A stretch of 44,649 nucleotides of DNA from a virus, in the IMG/VR virus record IMGVR_UViG_3300009135_000004, positions 1 through 44,649 of that record. One strand, 5' to 3'. Below the pieces are notes generated by a model. The model was given only the letters and a program-made list of their open reading frames with translations. It ran no database searches and was not told the origin of the DNA. The position numbers and the translations under genes were made by a program. Shown piece by piece: positions 6,403-12,910 of the stretch (the first letter of the stretch is position 1; each line of letters opens with the position of its first letter).

Positions 6403-7757
6403 GTAACGTTCGCTTCGTGATCCTTCTGACATTGATCGTACTCTTCTTTCTGTTCTTGGAATGTGGTAATAAACGCTTTGCACGCATCATCGAGGTCTTT
6501 CCCATATTCGGGAAAATGGATCGAAGTGGATATAAGCATGGAGTAGGCCGTCTCCCGGTCAATCGGGGCGGAGCTTGTGAGCAAATCAGGCAAGTCCTTG
6601 GCAGGGCTGGGCTCCTCGGTGAAGAACCAGTCCTTTTTCTTCTGGTCGTACTTGATGTACTTGGTAACCTCGTCAGAGCCGTTCTTGGCCTGATCCGCAT
6701 TGATGTCACCGTCTCGTAAGGCGGCGATGAGAGCGATTGGGTCCCACCACATGGCGATGTCCGTGTCGTAGTTGTCGAACTCGGTGGGTTCGCCAATCAG
6801 CCCGTCAGAGACCTTCTCGACCAGCTTCCGGACCTTCTCCTCGTCGCGGGTGTCGAGGATATTGTGATAGCACTTCTGGAGTGCCAGCATGGTCCGCATT
6901 GGGCCGTGACTCATGATGTCGGTGAAGCTGGGGCTCCAGTCCTCAATCGAAGCGTAGTACGGACTGCCGGGCAACCCTTTAAGACCAAGGTTTAAGCCAG
7001 CCCAAGTGGGCTTGTCGATACTGCCCCAGAAAGGCAAGTCGAGGATAGGCTTTTTTCGCTTTTTTGCCTTCTGAGTGGTCCCACCTCCCATCATTTGGTA
7101 GCCACTGTACTTGGTGGTCGTCGTGTAGCCGGTGGTCTGGTAGGTCTTCTTCTTGATGTTGTCGAGTTCTGTCGTCCACTCATCAGGGATGGCCGTGGGC
7201 TCGATCTCGACAGTAAGATTCATCATCTGGTCCTTGACTCGGAAGACGCAGACGAACTCGTTGCTGGTTCCGAGGATGAGCATGACGCCCCATGGCATAC
7301 TGCCCATGGCTTCCTCGAAGGTGTCCCAGTCCGTGCTGCTGGGTGATGCAGACTGGCCGGGGTGAGTGTGAGCCCAGACGCGAGCGAAGGACTCGGGGCT
7401 GAGCCCGGCCTCCATTTGGTCCTGCACCCACTCATTTTGCGCGTCTGTATCGAAGTCCGTGTTTACCGCCGTGCATTCCTGCGGGAGGAAGACAAAGTCG
7501 GTGATGAACAAGGGATCATCCGGGTGAGAGATGCCCATGGCTCCGACTTCGGTATCTTTCTTGTCGCGGAACCATACGAGCTTCTTGTACGCGGTAGAGG
7601 AAAGGATAAGAGCTGACCGATTCAGTTCAGAAGCTCTCCGTGACCGGGTCAGCTGTCGCAGCTTCCTCTTGACTGCTGTCTTCTTCGGTTTCGCCTTCAC
7701 TGGCGTCACCATCTTCGGCTTGGATTGCTTGGTTGAGATCGTCTGGGGTGAATGCAA
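6399..7757 (-). CDS. JAB/MPN+ (JAMM) metalloprotease with a roughly 250-aa uncharacterised C-terminal extension
   Basis: Complete JAMM signature: E (DTEVGAMG) ... H-T-H-PGQSASP-S-ST-D at 7329..7370. The start is TTG 7757 or ATG 7712, and both overlap the E2-like gene. Confidence 0.8.
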   Translation of the reverse strand: MHSPQTISTKQSKPKMVTPVKAKPKKTAVKRKLRQLTRSRRASELNRSALILSSTAYKKLVWFRDKKDTEVGAMGISHPDDPLFITDFVFLPQECTAVNTDFDTDAQNEWVQDQMEAGLSPESFARVWAHTHPGQSASPSSTDWDTFEEAMGSMPWGVMLILGTSNEFVCVFRVKDQMMNLTVEIEPTAIPDEWTTELDNIKKKTYQTTGYTTTTKYSGYQMMGGGTTQKAKKRKKPILDLPFWGSIDKPTWAGLNLGLKGLPGSPYYASIEDWSPSFTDIMSHGPMRTMLALQKCYHNILDTRDEEKVRKLVEKVSDGLIGEPTEFDNYDTDIAMWWDPIALIAALRDGDINADQAKNGSDEVTKYIKYDQKKKDWFFTEEPSPAKDLPDLLTSSAPIDRETAYSMLISTSIHFPEYGKDLDDACKAFITTFQEQKEEYDQCQKDHEANVT

Positions 7758-8835
7758 TGGCGTGCTCCGTGGAGTAAGGGGTGTAAGCGGCGGTCATTTC
7801 AGCGTCCGAACCGTTGAACGCGGGAGAGATATTGATGCCCGAGGCCTCGGCTCTTGCGGTCCAGCTTTCGCCGGGCATGAAGATTCGATTTAAGAGTTGA
7901 TAGAAGTCTGGGTTTTCATCCTCAAGAGTCGAGCTGCCTGTGATGAGGTTGGGCAGATAGGCTTTGAGGTTTTGGCTCAGCCAGTCTCGAATGTATCGGT
8001 GTCCGTTCCGCAGGATGCGTTCACATTCGCGTGGCAGAAGGCGAATCTTGTAGCCGTCAACCTGAAGGACCACAAGGTCTTCGTCGGACCAGTCCTTGGG
8101 GACGCATTCGTAGTAGATTTGGGGATGTGCGAACAGCTCGGCTTCCATCACCGGCATCTCGATGGGCGATATGGAACCGGGGAACTTTTGGTTGAAGTGC
8201 TCAAAGGGGCTGACGGGGTTGTAGGTCTTCAGGATTTCCTCGAAGACACACACGAGGCTGTAGAGGTCACCTGCGGCCTTGAGATTGAAGTAGGTATCTT
8301 CTTCCGTGCCGAGGCACACTTCCCCGCCCTGACTGATATGCGGGTGTCGTATTCTCTTCCAGCGTTCATAAAGAGGGCTTGCTATGACTGTGTCGTAGTC
8401 GCATCGCTCCCACAGGTCAACCACACGGAAGGTGCTGTTTCTTGGGCGGACAAAGTAGGGTCCAGACCGGACGGCCCGCCCCAGCTCCTCGTCCACCCAG
8501 TAAGTCGCGGGGAGGTAGACAGCCGCGTTCCCGCCAACGCTGACCAGCTTGAAGTTCTGGGCAACTTCGACGACTCGCTTCAGGTCTTGCGTTGGCCAGT
8601 TACGAAAGAGTTCCTCTCGTCGGTTTTTAAGAAGGATGTCATGTTGGGCAAGCTCACGCTCGGCAAGGCGTCTGAGCATAGAGGGCGGGATAGGGTCGCA
8701 GTAGTAAGCGAGCTGGTGGACGTTTGCTTTGGTGACCGGGATTTCGTTTAAGGCGGCACGGTCGAGGTCCGCGATTGAGGACCGTTCGATTGGCCCTTGT
8801 GGGTATGTACGTCGAGGTGGTGAGAAGGTTTGCAT
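7627..8835 (-). CDS. E2/UBC-like Ubl-conjugating protein with N- and C-terminal extensions
   Basis: Active-site-like HPHISQGGEVCLG (Cys codon 8314..8316) followed by ...ILKTYNPVSPF, resembling the UBC HPN...G.ICL...P..P layout. ATG at 8835 is preceded by AAGGAG with 5-nt spacing. GTG 8898 (GTGA-coupled to the Ubl stop) is an alternative start. Confidence 0.65.
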   Translation of the reverse strand: MQTFSPPRRTYPQGPIERSSIADLDRAALNEIPVTKANVHQLAYYCDPIPPSMLRRLAERELAQHDILLKNRREELFRNWPTQDLKRVVEVAQNFKLVSVGGNAAVYLPATYWVDEELGRAVRSGPYFVRPRNSTFRVVDLWERCDYDTVIASPLYERWKRIRHPHISQGGEVCLGTEEDTYFNLKAAGDLYSLVCVFEEILKTYNPVSPFEHFNQKFPGSISPIEMPVMEAELFAHPQIYYECVPKDWSDEDLVVLQVDGYKIRLLPRECERILRNGHRYIRDWLSQNLKAYLPNLITGSSTLEDENPDFYQLLNRIFMPGESWTARAEASGINISPAFNGSDAEMTAAYTPYSTEHAIAFTPDDLNQAIQAEDGDASEGETEEDSSQEEAATADPVTESF

Positions 8836-8856
8836 GGGGTCTCCTTGAGTAGAGGT

Positions 8857-8888
8857 AAAAAAGACGGGCGATTTTGAGGCCGCCCGTC
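8857..8888 (-). terminator. Hairpin plus T6: intrinsic terminator or attenuator between the Ubl gene and the enzyme genes
   Basis: Minus strand: GACGGGCG-gcctcaaaat-CGCCCGTC-TTTTTT, starting 7 nt after the Ubl stop. Confidence 0.5.
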
Positions 8889-8894
8889 CCTGAA

Positions 8895-9116
8895 TCACGC
8901 ACCCTTGATCTGGGATGGGACGAGAGAGACGATGTCGCCCTCGGTCAGCGCGGCTTCGAGATCAGCCGCTTGGCGGTTGACCTTGACTACGGCGTTCTCC
9001 GGGACGCCGCCTTGGGTTTCGAGGAACGCACCAACAGTGGTTTCACTGGTGACGGGAACCTCAACCATTGGCTCTTGGCCGAAGGTGTTGGAGAACTTAA
9101 CGGTGATACGAGACAT
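8895..9116 (-). CDS. Ubiquitin-like beta-grasp protein (ThiS/MoaD-like), 73 aa, C-terminus ...IKGA
   Basis: Size and pattern fit ThiS/MoaD/Ub-type proteins: ITVKF....E..VEV....TVGAFL......VKVNRQ.......L.EGDIVSLVP....G-A. AAGGAG lies 6 nt upstream of the ATG. Confidence 0.7.
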   Translation of the reverse strand: MSRITVKFSNTFGQEPMVEVPVTSETTVGAFLETQGGVPENAVVKVNRQAADLEAALTEGDIVSLVPSQIKGA

Positions 9117-9134
9117 AACAAGCTCCTTTCGAGC

Positions 9135-9509
9135 TTAGGGGTGATGGCGGTCTTCTTCGGAAGACCAGTGATTAAAGAACGTTTGCTCGAAGGTCACGCG
9201 ACCTTCTCTGGCGATGGTGAGAACCATCGGTGATTTGTGCTTGAAGGACATCAGTTCACACAGCTCCCGCATACGCAACCGGAGGCTGGGAAAGAGGTCG
9301 TCCTTCATGGGGCAGTCCTCTCTGAATGACGAGATGACAACGGGGTCTTCCTCCTCTGGTGATGTGATGACAAGCCATGCGTATTCGGGGTCGTAATCTT
9401 CGTTGATGCTGAGTCTCCGTGCTCCTGCTTGGTTGTGGTTTAACTTTGAATGAGCCTGATCCGTCCAAGCTCTCTGATAGGGGTGTATTCGTTTGGAGTG
9501 TCGGACCAT
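9135..9509 (-). CDS. Hypothetical protein (124 aa) immediately upstream of the Ubl gene
   Basis: Only ATG-initiated ORF in this slot. No internal canonical start after the upstream stop at 9440, so it overlaps its neighbour by 70 nt. Confidence 0.45.
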   Translation of the reverse strand: MVRHSKRIHPYQRAWTDQAHSKLNHNQAGARRLSINEDYDPEYAWLVITSPEEEDPVVISSFREDCPMKDDLFPSLRLRMRELCELMSFKHKSPMVLTIAREGRVTFEQTFFNHWSSEEDRHHP

Positions 9510-9679
9510 TCGATTCCGCCAGATTCACTGAAGAATGCCACAGTTGTCCTGTTGATACGGACGCAGGCCTTTTTTACTCCGGAATTGGTATTTACGAGAT
9601 AAAAGCAGCCCAAGCGACCCCTTCCCATTGTCTGAGGGAGGGCTGGGATAGGCGGTTCGATTGTGAGTGAGTGGGTCAT
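9440..9679 (-). CDS. Hypothetical protein (79 aa)
   Basis: ATG at 9679 preceded by TAAGGACACC (SD). Confidence 0.5.
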   Translation of the reverse strand: MTHSLTIEPPIPALPQTMGRGRLGCFYLVNTNSGVKKACVRINRTTVAFFSESGGIEWSDTPNEYTPIRELGRIRLIQS

Positions 9680-9686
9680 GGTGTCC

Positions 9687-9830
9687 TTAGTAGGGGTTAG
9701 ATTGCATTAGCGCAAAGAAGACAGTGAGTGCCAATGCGGTCGAGATCGTGAGTCGGAAGCCCAGCCCGATGACGGCGTCGGCTGTTTTGTCGATCATCCG
9801 GCGAAGCTTGAGTCGTAGTCGCTTAATCAT
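9687..9830 (-). CDS. Small membrane protein (47 aa; below the ORF-track cutoff)
   Basis: My own translation: MIKRLRLKLRRMIDKTADAVIGLGFRLTISTALALTVFFALMQSNPY. ATG 9830 overlaps the upstream stop (ATGA). Basic N-terminus followed by a hydrophobic helix. Confidence 0.5.
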   Translation of the reverse strand: MIKRLRLKLRRMIDKTADAVIGLGFRLTISTALALTVFFALMQSNPY

Positions 9831-10135
9831 TTCTTGAGTGTCCTTGTTTCAAAGAAGTCGGAACGGGAAGGATTCTCACTGATCCATTTGCGGGCATAGT
9901 GAGGGCTGTACTTGTTGGGGATTTTGAAGCCGCCATCCTTCAGTGGATTGACGGCGTACTTCCAGCGGACAACCCAGAAGACACCTTGAGAGCCGAAGCG
10001 TCGGCAGCCTGCTTGCCATAGCTGCTCCACGGCACTTGAGTAGGCTTCATAGATGTCGGGGTGTGCTCTGTCGAAGACGATGAACTCAGCAGCGATGTCG
10101 CTGTCATCGAAGAGGGACATTTGATCGTCGTCCAT
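9827..10135 (-). CDS. Conserved-looking hypothetical phage protein (102 aa)
   Basis: ATG at 10135 preceded by GAGG. Translation MDDDQMSLFDD...FIVFDRAHPDIYEAY...GFKIPNKYSPHYARKWISENP...FFETR has globular composition. Confidence 0.55.
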   Translation of the reverse strand: MDDDQMSLFDDSDIAAEFIVFDRAHPDIYEAYSSAVEQLWQAGCRRFGSQGVFWVVRWKYAVNPLKDGGFKIPNKYSPHYARKWISENPSRSDFFETRTLKK

Positions 10136-10175
10136 AGTGGCCTCATAATGGGACGGGGTGATGGGGTGTGAGTCG

Positions 10176-10403
10176 TCATTGCTGCTCCCTGAGCAGGGTG
10201 GGCGTGATAACCAAGTGTGAATTAGCCGCCCGAGCCCGCAGCCTCTCGATGGTCGCCTCAAGCTCGGCGATGCGGTCGTCCTGCGTGCGGCGGGCGGCTG
10301 CTAGGCCAGCATTAAAGCCAGCGAGAAGCATGTCGTAGTCGTGGTGACACGGCGGGATGCCGTGTGTTAATTCCTCAAACTCTGCTCGGTCTTGGTCGGT
10401 CAT
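10176..10403 (-). CDS. Hypothetical small protein (75 aa), RIAELE-family paralog
   Basis: ATG at 10403 lies in the conserved junction cassette. Translation MTDQDRAEFEE...AARRTQDDRIAELEATIERL. Confidence 0.6.
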   Translation of the reverse strand: MTDQDRAEFEELTHGIPPCHHDYDMLLAGFNAGLAAARRTQDDRIAELEATIERLRARAANSHLVITPTLLREQQ

Positions 10404-10510
10404 CTGCTTGCTCCTGCTTGAGTTGGGCGAGGGCTTCGTCCAACTCGATTGATCGTTCTTCCAAAGCGTCACCAGCCTTATCCCACTGGTACGAGCCGGG
10501 TGTTCGACTG

Positions 10511-10735
10511 CTAAAGAAAGAACTCGTATTGCTTCCGCCACGCCCCCACCTTCTCCACCAACTCCCGCAACTGCTCGTCCTGCGTGCGGCGGGCGGCGAG
10601 CCAGCCATCCATAGCAGCTTGCGTTTGGGGCGACGAATACTTGGGCTGGCACAGGCTGTTGGTTGTCAGGGTAACGTCAAAGCCCTCTGTTACAGCCCAC
10701 GCCTCAAACTCTGCTCGGTCTTTTTCACCATTCAT
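10511..10735 (-). CDS. Hypothetical small protein (74 aa), paralog of 10176..10403
   Basis: Shares DRAEFE and AARRTQD(E/D) with its neighbour; the latter is a 21-nt identical DNA block at 10277-10297 and 10576-10596. ATGA-coupled to the lysozyme gene. Confidence 0.6.
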   Translation of the reverse strand: MNGEKDRAEFEAWAVTEGFDVTLTTNSLCQPKYSSPQTQAAMDGWLAARRTQDEQLRELVEKVGAWRKQYEFFL

Positions 10736-11148
10736 CGCTCTAGTTCCTTTCGTACTTTGGCCCAGTATTTATCATTCACTTCCGACTCTCGCAGATGGCC
10801 CTTCGGCCCGCCCTGCCAGCACCGGGCGATCCGCTCGTAGTCACCCTTGGGGTGGTAGTGGCGGTTGTAGATGTCGAACATCTCGCGGGACTTCTCGGCA
10901 CACCACGCATCGTCGTGGGTGTACTTCTCGCTGCCCACAATGCGGTTGATGTCTCGCACAAAGATCGGCGTGATCTGTGCGATGCCACGTGCGTCTTCGC
11001 CGGGGTTGTGTTCGCTGGGGTCGCCTCCACTCTCCACTTGGCAGATGGCCTGCCAGATGGCGTCGTGGTCGATCTCACCAGCTTGCCAGCCAAAGTTGGG
11101 CGGCACGATGATGGCGATGAAGGCTAGGATGAGGTGGCGGTGTTTCAT
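10732..11148 (-). CDS. SLT-domain lytic transglycosylase (putative endolysin) with N-terminal signal/anchor helix
   Basis: MKHRHLILAFIAIIVPP hydrophobic N-terminus. Catalytic-type motif QVESGGDP ... ARGIAQITP. Confidence 0.7.
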   Translation of the reverse strand: MKHRHLILAFIAIIVPPNFGWQAGEIDHDAIWQAICQVESGGDPSEHNPGEDARGIAQITPIFVRDINRIVGSEKYTHDDAWCAEKSREMFDIYNRHYHPKGDYERIARCWQGGPKGHLRESEVNDKYWAKVRKELER

Positions 11149-11387
11149 TTGTATGACTCCTTCCTTAGCCTGTCGCTTATGCTCAATCGGTGAACCTCTG
11201 CAAAGTGGATCGGAATGGCGTCTTCAATGATCTCGGCATCGGTCATATGGACTGAGGGAAGTGCGGCCCGTTGCTGCCGCACCATCTCGCCGCACGTAAT
11301 CTCGACGTATTGAACGCCGAGGTTCCTCGCCCCATCAGGCCAAGGCTCTACCCAGCTAATGTAGTGCTCAGGGTTGTATTCGATCAT
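11145..11387 (-). CDS. Hypothetical protein (80 aa)
   Basis: ATG 11387 overlaps the upstream stop (GGGGAATGA). Translation begins MIEYNPEHYISWVEPWPDG... Confidence 0.5.
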   Translation of the reverse strand: MIEYNPEHYISWVEPWPDGARNLGVQYVEITCGEMVRQQRAALPSVHMTDAEIIEDAIPIHFAEVHRLSISDRLRKESYK

Positions 11388-11602
11388 TCCCCACCCCCTT
11401 CCGCCCGATTGCTTTTGAGTTTCCACACCACCTTACCCTCCTCAACGACCTGCTCGTAGCCTAATTGATATCGTTTCAATTCAATGTCGTTGCACTCTTG
11501 CATATCTAGTCTGGTGCATGTTGTAATCTGCGCCAAGCACCACGCCAACGCGATGATTCCGACAATGACGCAGAGTGAGATTCCGACTGTTTTGCTGTCC
11601 AT
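11384..11602 (-). CDS. Small membrane protein (72 aa), one N-terminal TM helix (holin- or spanin-like candidate)
   Basis: MDSKTVGISLCVIVGIIALAWCLAQI followed by a charged C-terminal half. Lies two genes upstream of the SLT lysozyme. Confidence 0.5.
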   Translation of the reverse strand: MDSKTVGISLCVIVGIIALAWCLAQITTCTRLDMQECNDIELKRYQLGYEQVVEEGKVVWKLKSNRAEGGGE

Positions 11603-11644
11603 ATTATATTCCTTGTGTGTTAGATGTTATGGCTGCTCGAATAC

Positions 11645-12082
11645 TCATTCCCCACCCCCTTCGCCGCGATACACCTTGCCGTCGATCTCGATGCCGGTGA
11701 TCTTGCCGAGGCGGGTCCAGTCGGGTCCGATGGCGATGCCGTTATAGCTAGCACTGAGGGCTAGCGGATATGAGCCATCTGGATACTTCGCATAGACACC
11801 GTTAGAACGATCCCTCCAAAACGCCAATCCACCCTCGCCCTTCCACGCCACCCCCGGTTCCTCATCTGCCAGCGTCTTCGGGCGGGGCTTGCCGAGGGTG
11901 AGGGTGTGGGTGACGGTGTAGCCGGAGCCGTCGCCGTGGCACAGAGGGAAGGGGCGACAGTCGTAGGCTCGGCCGTCCCGATATTCCCGTACGCACTCAA
12001 AGCCGTTGGGGTCCGACACAATCGCCTTCGTGCCGTCTGGACATTCGTTCAGTTTCTTGCCGATGTAGTCTTCTGGTTTCAT
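11645..12082 (-). CDS. Hypothetical protein (145 aa)
   Basis: Clean ATG ORF with globular composition. Ends ...GEGGGE in the same 17-nt junction as ORF 11384..11602. Confidence 0.55.
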   Translation of the reverse strand: MKPEDYIGKKLNECPDGTKAIVSDPNGFECVREYRDGRAYDCRPFPLCHGDGSGYTVTHTLTLGKPRPKTLADEEPGVAWKGEGGLAFWRDRSNGVYAKYPDGSYPLALSASYNGIAIGPDWTRLGKITGIEIDGKVYRGEGGGE

Positions 12083-12108
12083 GGGGTTCCTTTCGTTGTG
12101 GGTGGGTG

Positions 12109-12594
12109 TTAGTACAGTTCGCCACGGAGTCGCTCAATCTCGGCCTCGGCTTTGCGGAGTTGCCGGGTCAGGCCATCCACAACTGATTCCAGGTCAAGCA
12201 CTCGCTCGTCTTTCAGTAGGTCGGGGAACGCCTCGACGATCTCGCGGCGCAGCTTCACGCCATCAGGTTCGTAAAGTTTGCCGTGGATTAACTTCGCCCA
12301 CGGCTCGCCCTCGTTGTACCCGCCCCGGACATACCGATCACAGCCATGTCTCTGGCCTAACAATTCCTTTGCGGCCATGCCGTCGCCCTGCATCACTCGC
12401 CGCAGGAACTTGTTTGAGTGATCTACTGCTGTATTAAGGATGAAGTTCGCCGCCTCGGTTTCGAGGTAGTAGTATTCATCGTCAACCAGACCAATCAATT
12501 CCCTCTTGATCGCTTCCTTGCGGGCCTCAGTCAGATATGTCTTGGCTACCTCGTCAGCCTTCTTGTCTAATTCTGCGTCAAATATCATCGTCAT
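12109..12594 (-). CDS. Hypothetical protein (161 aa)
   Basis: Clean ATG ORF. Helical/coiled C-terminus (RQLRKAEAEIERLRGELY). Confidence 0.55.
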   Translation of the reverse strand: MTMIFDAELDKKADEVAKTYLTEARKEAIKRELIGLVDDEYYYLETEAANFILNTAVDHSNKFLRRVMQGDGMAAKELLGQRHGCDRYVRGGYNEGEPWAKLIHGKLYEPDGVKLRREIVEAFPDLLKDERVLDLESVVDGLTRQLRKAEAEIERLRGELY

Positions 12595-12742
12595 CGCTCT
12601 GGTTCCTTTCGTTGGGGGTGAATCCCCCGCCAGCCGTTTCCGGCGTGACGGGGTTAGCGGCTGGACTCACGCCTCAGTAGGCGCTATCTGCCGCACATAT
12701 ACCCTAGACGCATCATCGCCGTATATCGGCGAGAGAGGGGTT

Positions 12743-12910
12743 CTAGGGCTTGCGTTGTGGCCGAGGCTCCAGCCCGTCAGCAAGGTAGTCTTGCGTGCCA
12801 CGGGCGGCAGCTTCAACGTCTGCGGCCATACCCGCGACGGTGTTGCAGCCACTTAGGGTGGTGAGGGTGACGAGAACGGAGAGAGCGATGATGAGGCGTT
12901 GATGTTTCAT
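12743..12910 (-). CDS. Small lipoprotein (55 aa), entericidin-like (below the ORF-track cutoff)
   Basis: My own translation: MKHQRLIIALSVLVTLTTLSGCNTVAGMAADVEAAARGTQDYLADGLEPRPQRKP. Signal peptide plus L-S-G-C lipobox followed by NT. AAAGGAA SD upstream. Confidence 0.6.
   Translation of the reverse strand: MKHQRLIIALSVLVTLTTLSGCNTVAGMAADVEAAARGTQDYLADGLEPRPQRKP

Noticed and set aside
7897-8751. 284-aa plus-strand ORF antisense to the E2-like gene
   Set aside because: It has no start context and a low-complexity translation. The opposite strand carries the motif-bearing protein and fits the operon structure.
8836-8898. Extending the E2-like gene to the GTG at 8898 as the primary call
   Set aside because: GTGA coupling to the Ubl stop is possible. 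However, the extension would translate through a GC hairpin plus T6, and a consensus AAGGAG-5 nt-ATG sits at 8835. It is kept as the alternative start.
9940-10179. 79-aa ORF whose ATG is ATGA-coupled to the upstream stop
   Set aside because: Its translation is S/T/P-rich and off-frame-looking. The overlapping frame (9827..10135) encodes a globular protein with its own GAGG-ATG start.
10375-10608. 77-aa ORF as an ordinary independent gene
   Set aside because: Its only ATG forces a 98-nt overlap, and the overlapped part translates as an R/S/W/G-rich off-frame peptide. Only the last roughly 45 codons look genuine. It is treated as a frameshift or decay candidate instead.
12702-12748. Nested inverted repeat (CCCTAGA...TCTAGGG enclosing TCGCCG-tatat-CGGCGA) as a terminator after the lipoprotein gene
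   Set aside because: No U-tract follows it on the transcribed strand, and the outer arm overlaps the lipoprotein stop codon. It may be a protein-binding or RNA-stability element, but a terminator call is not supported.
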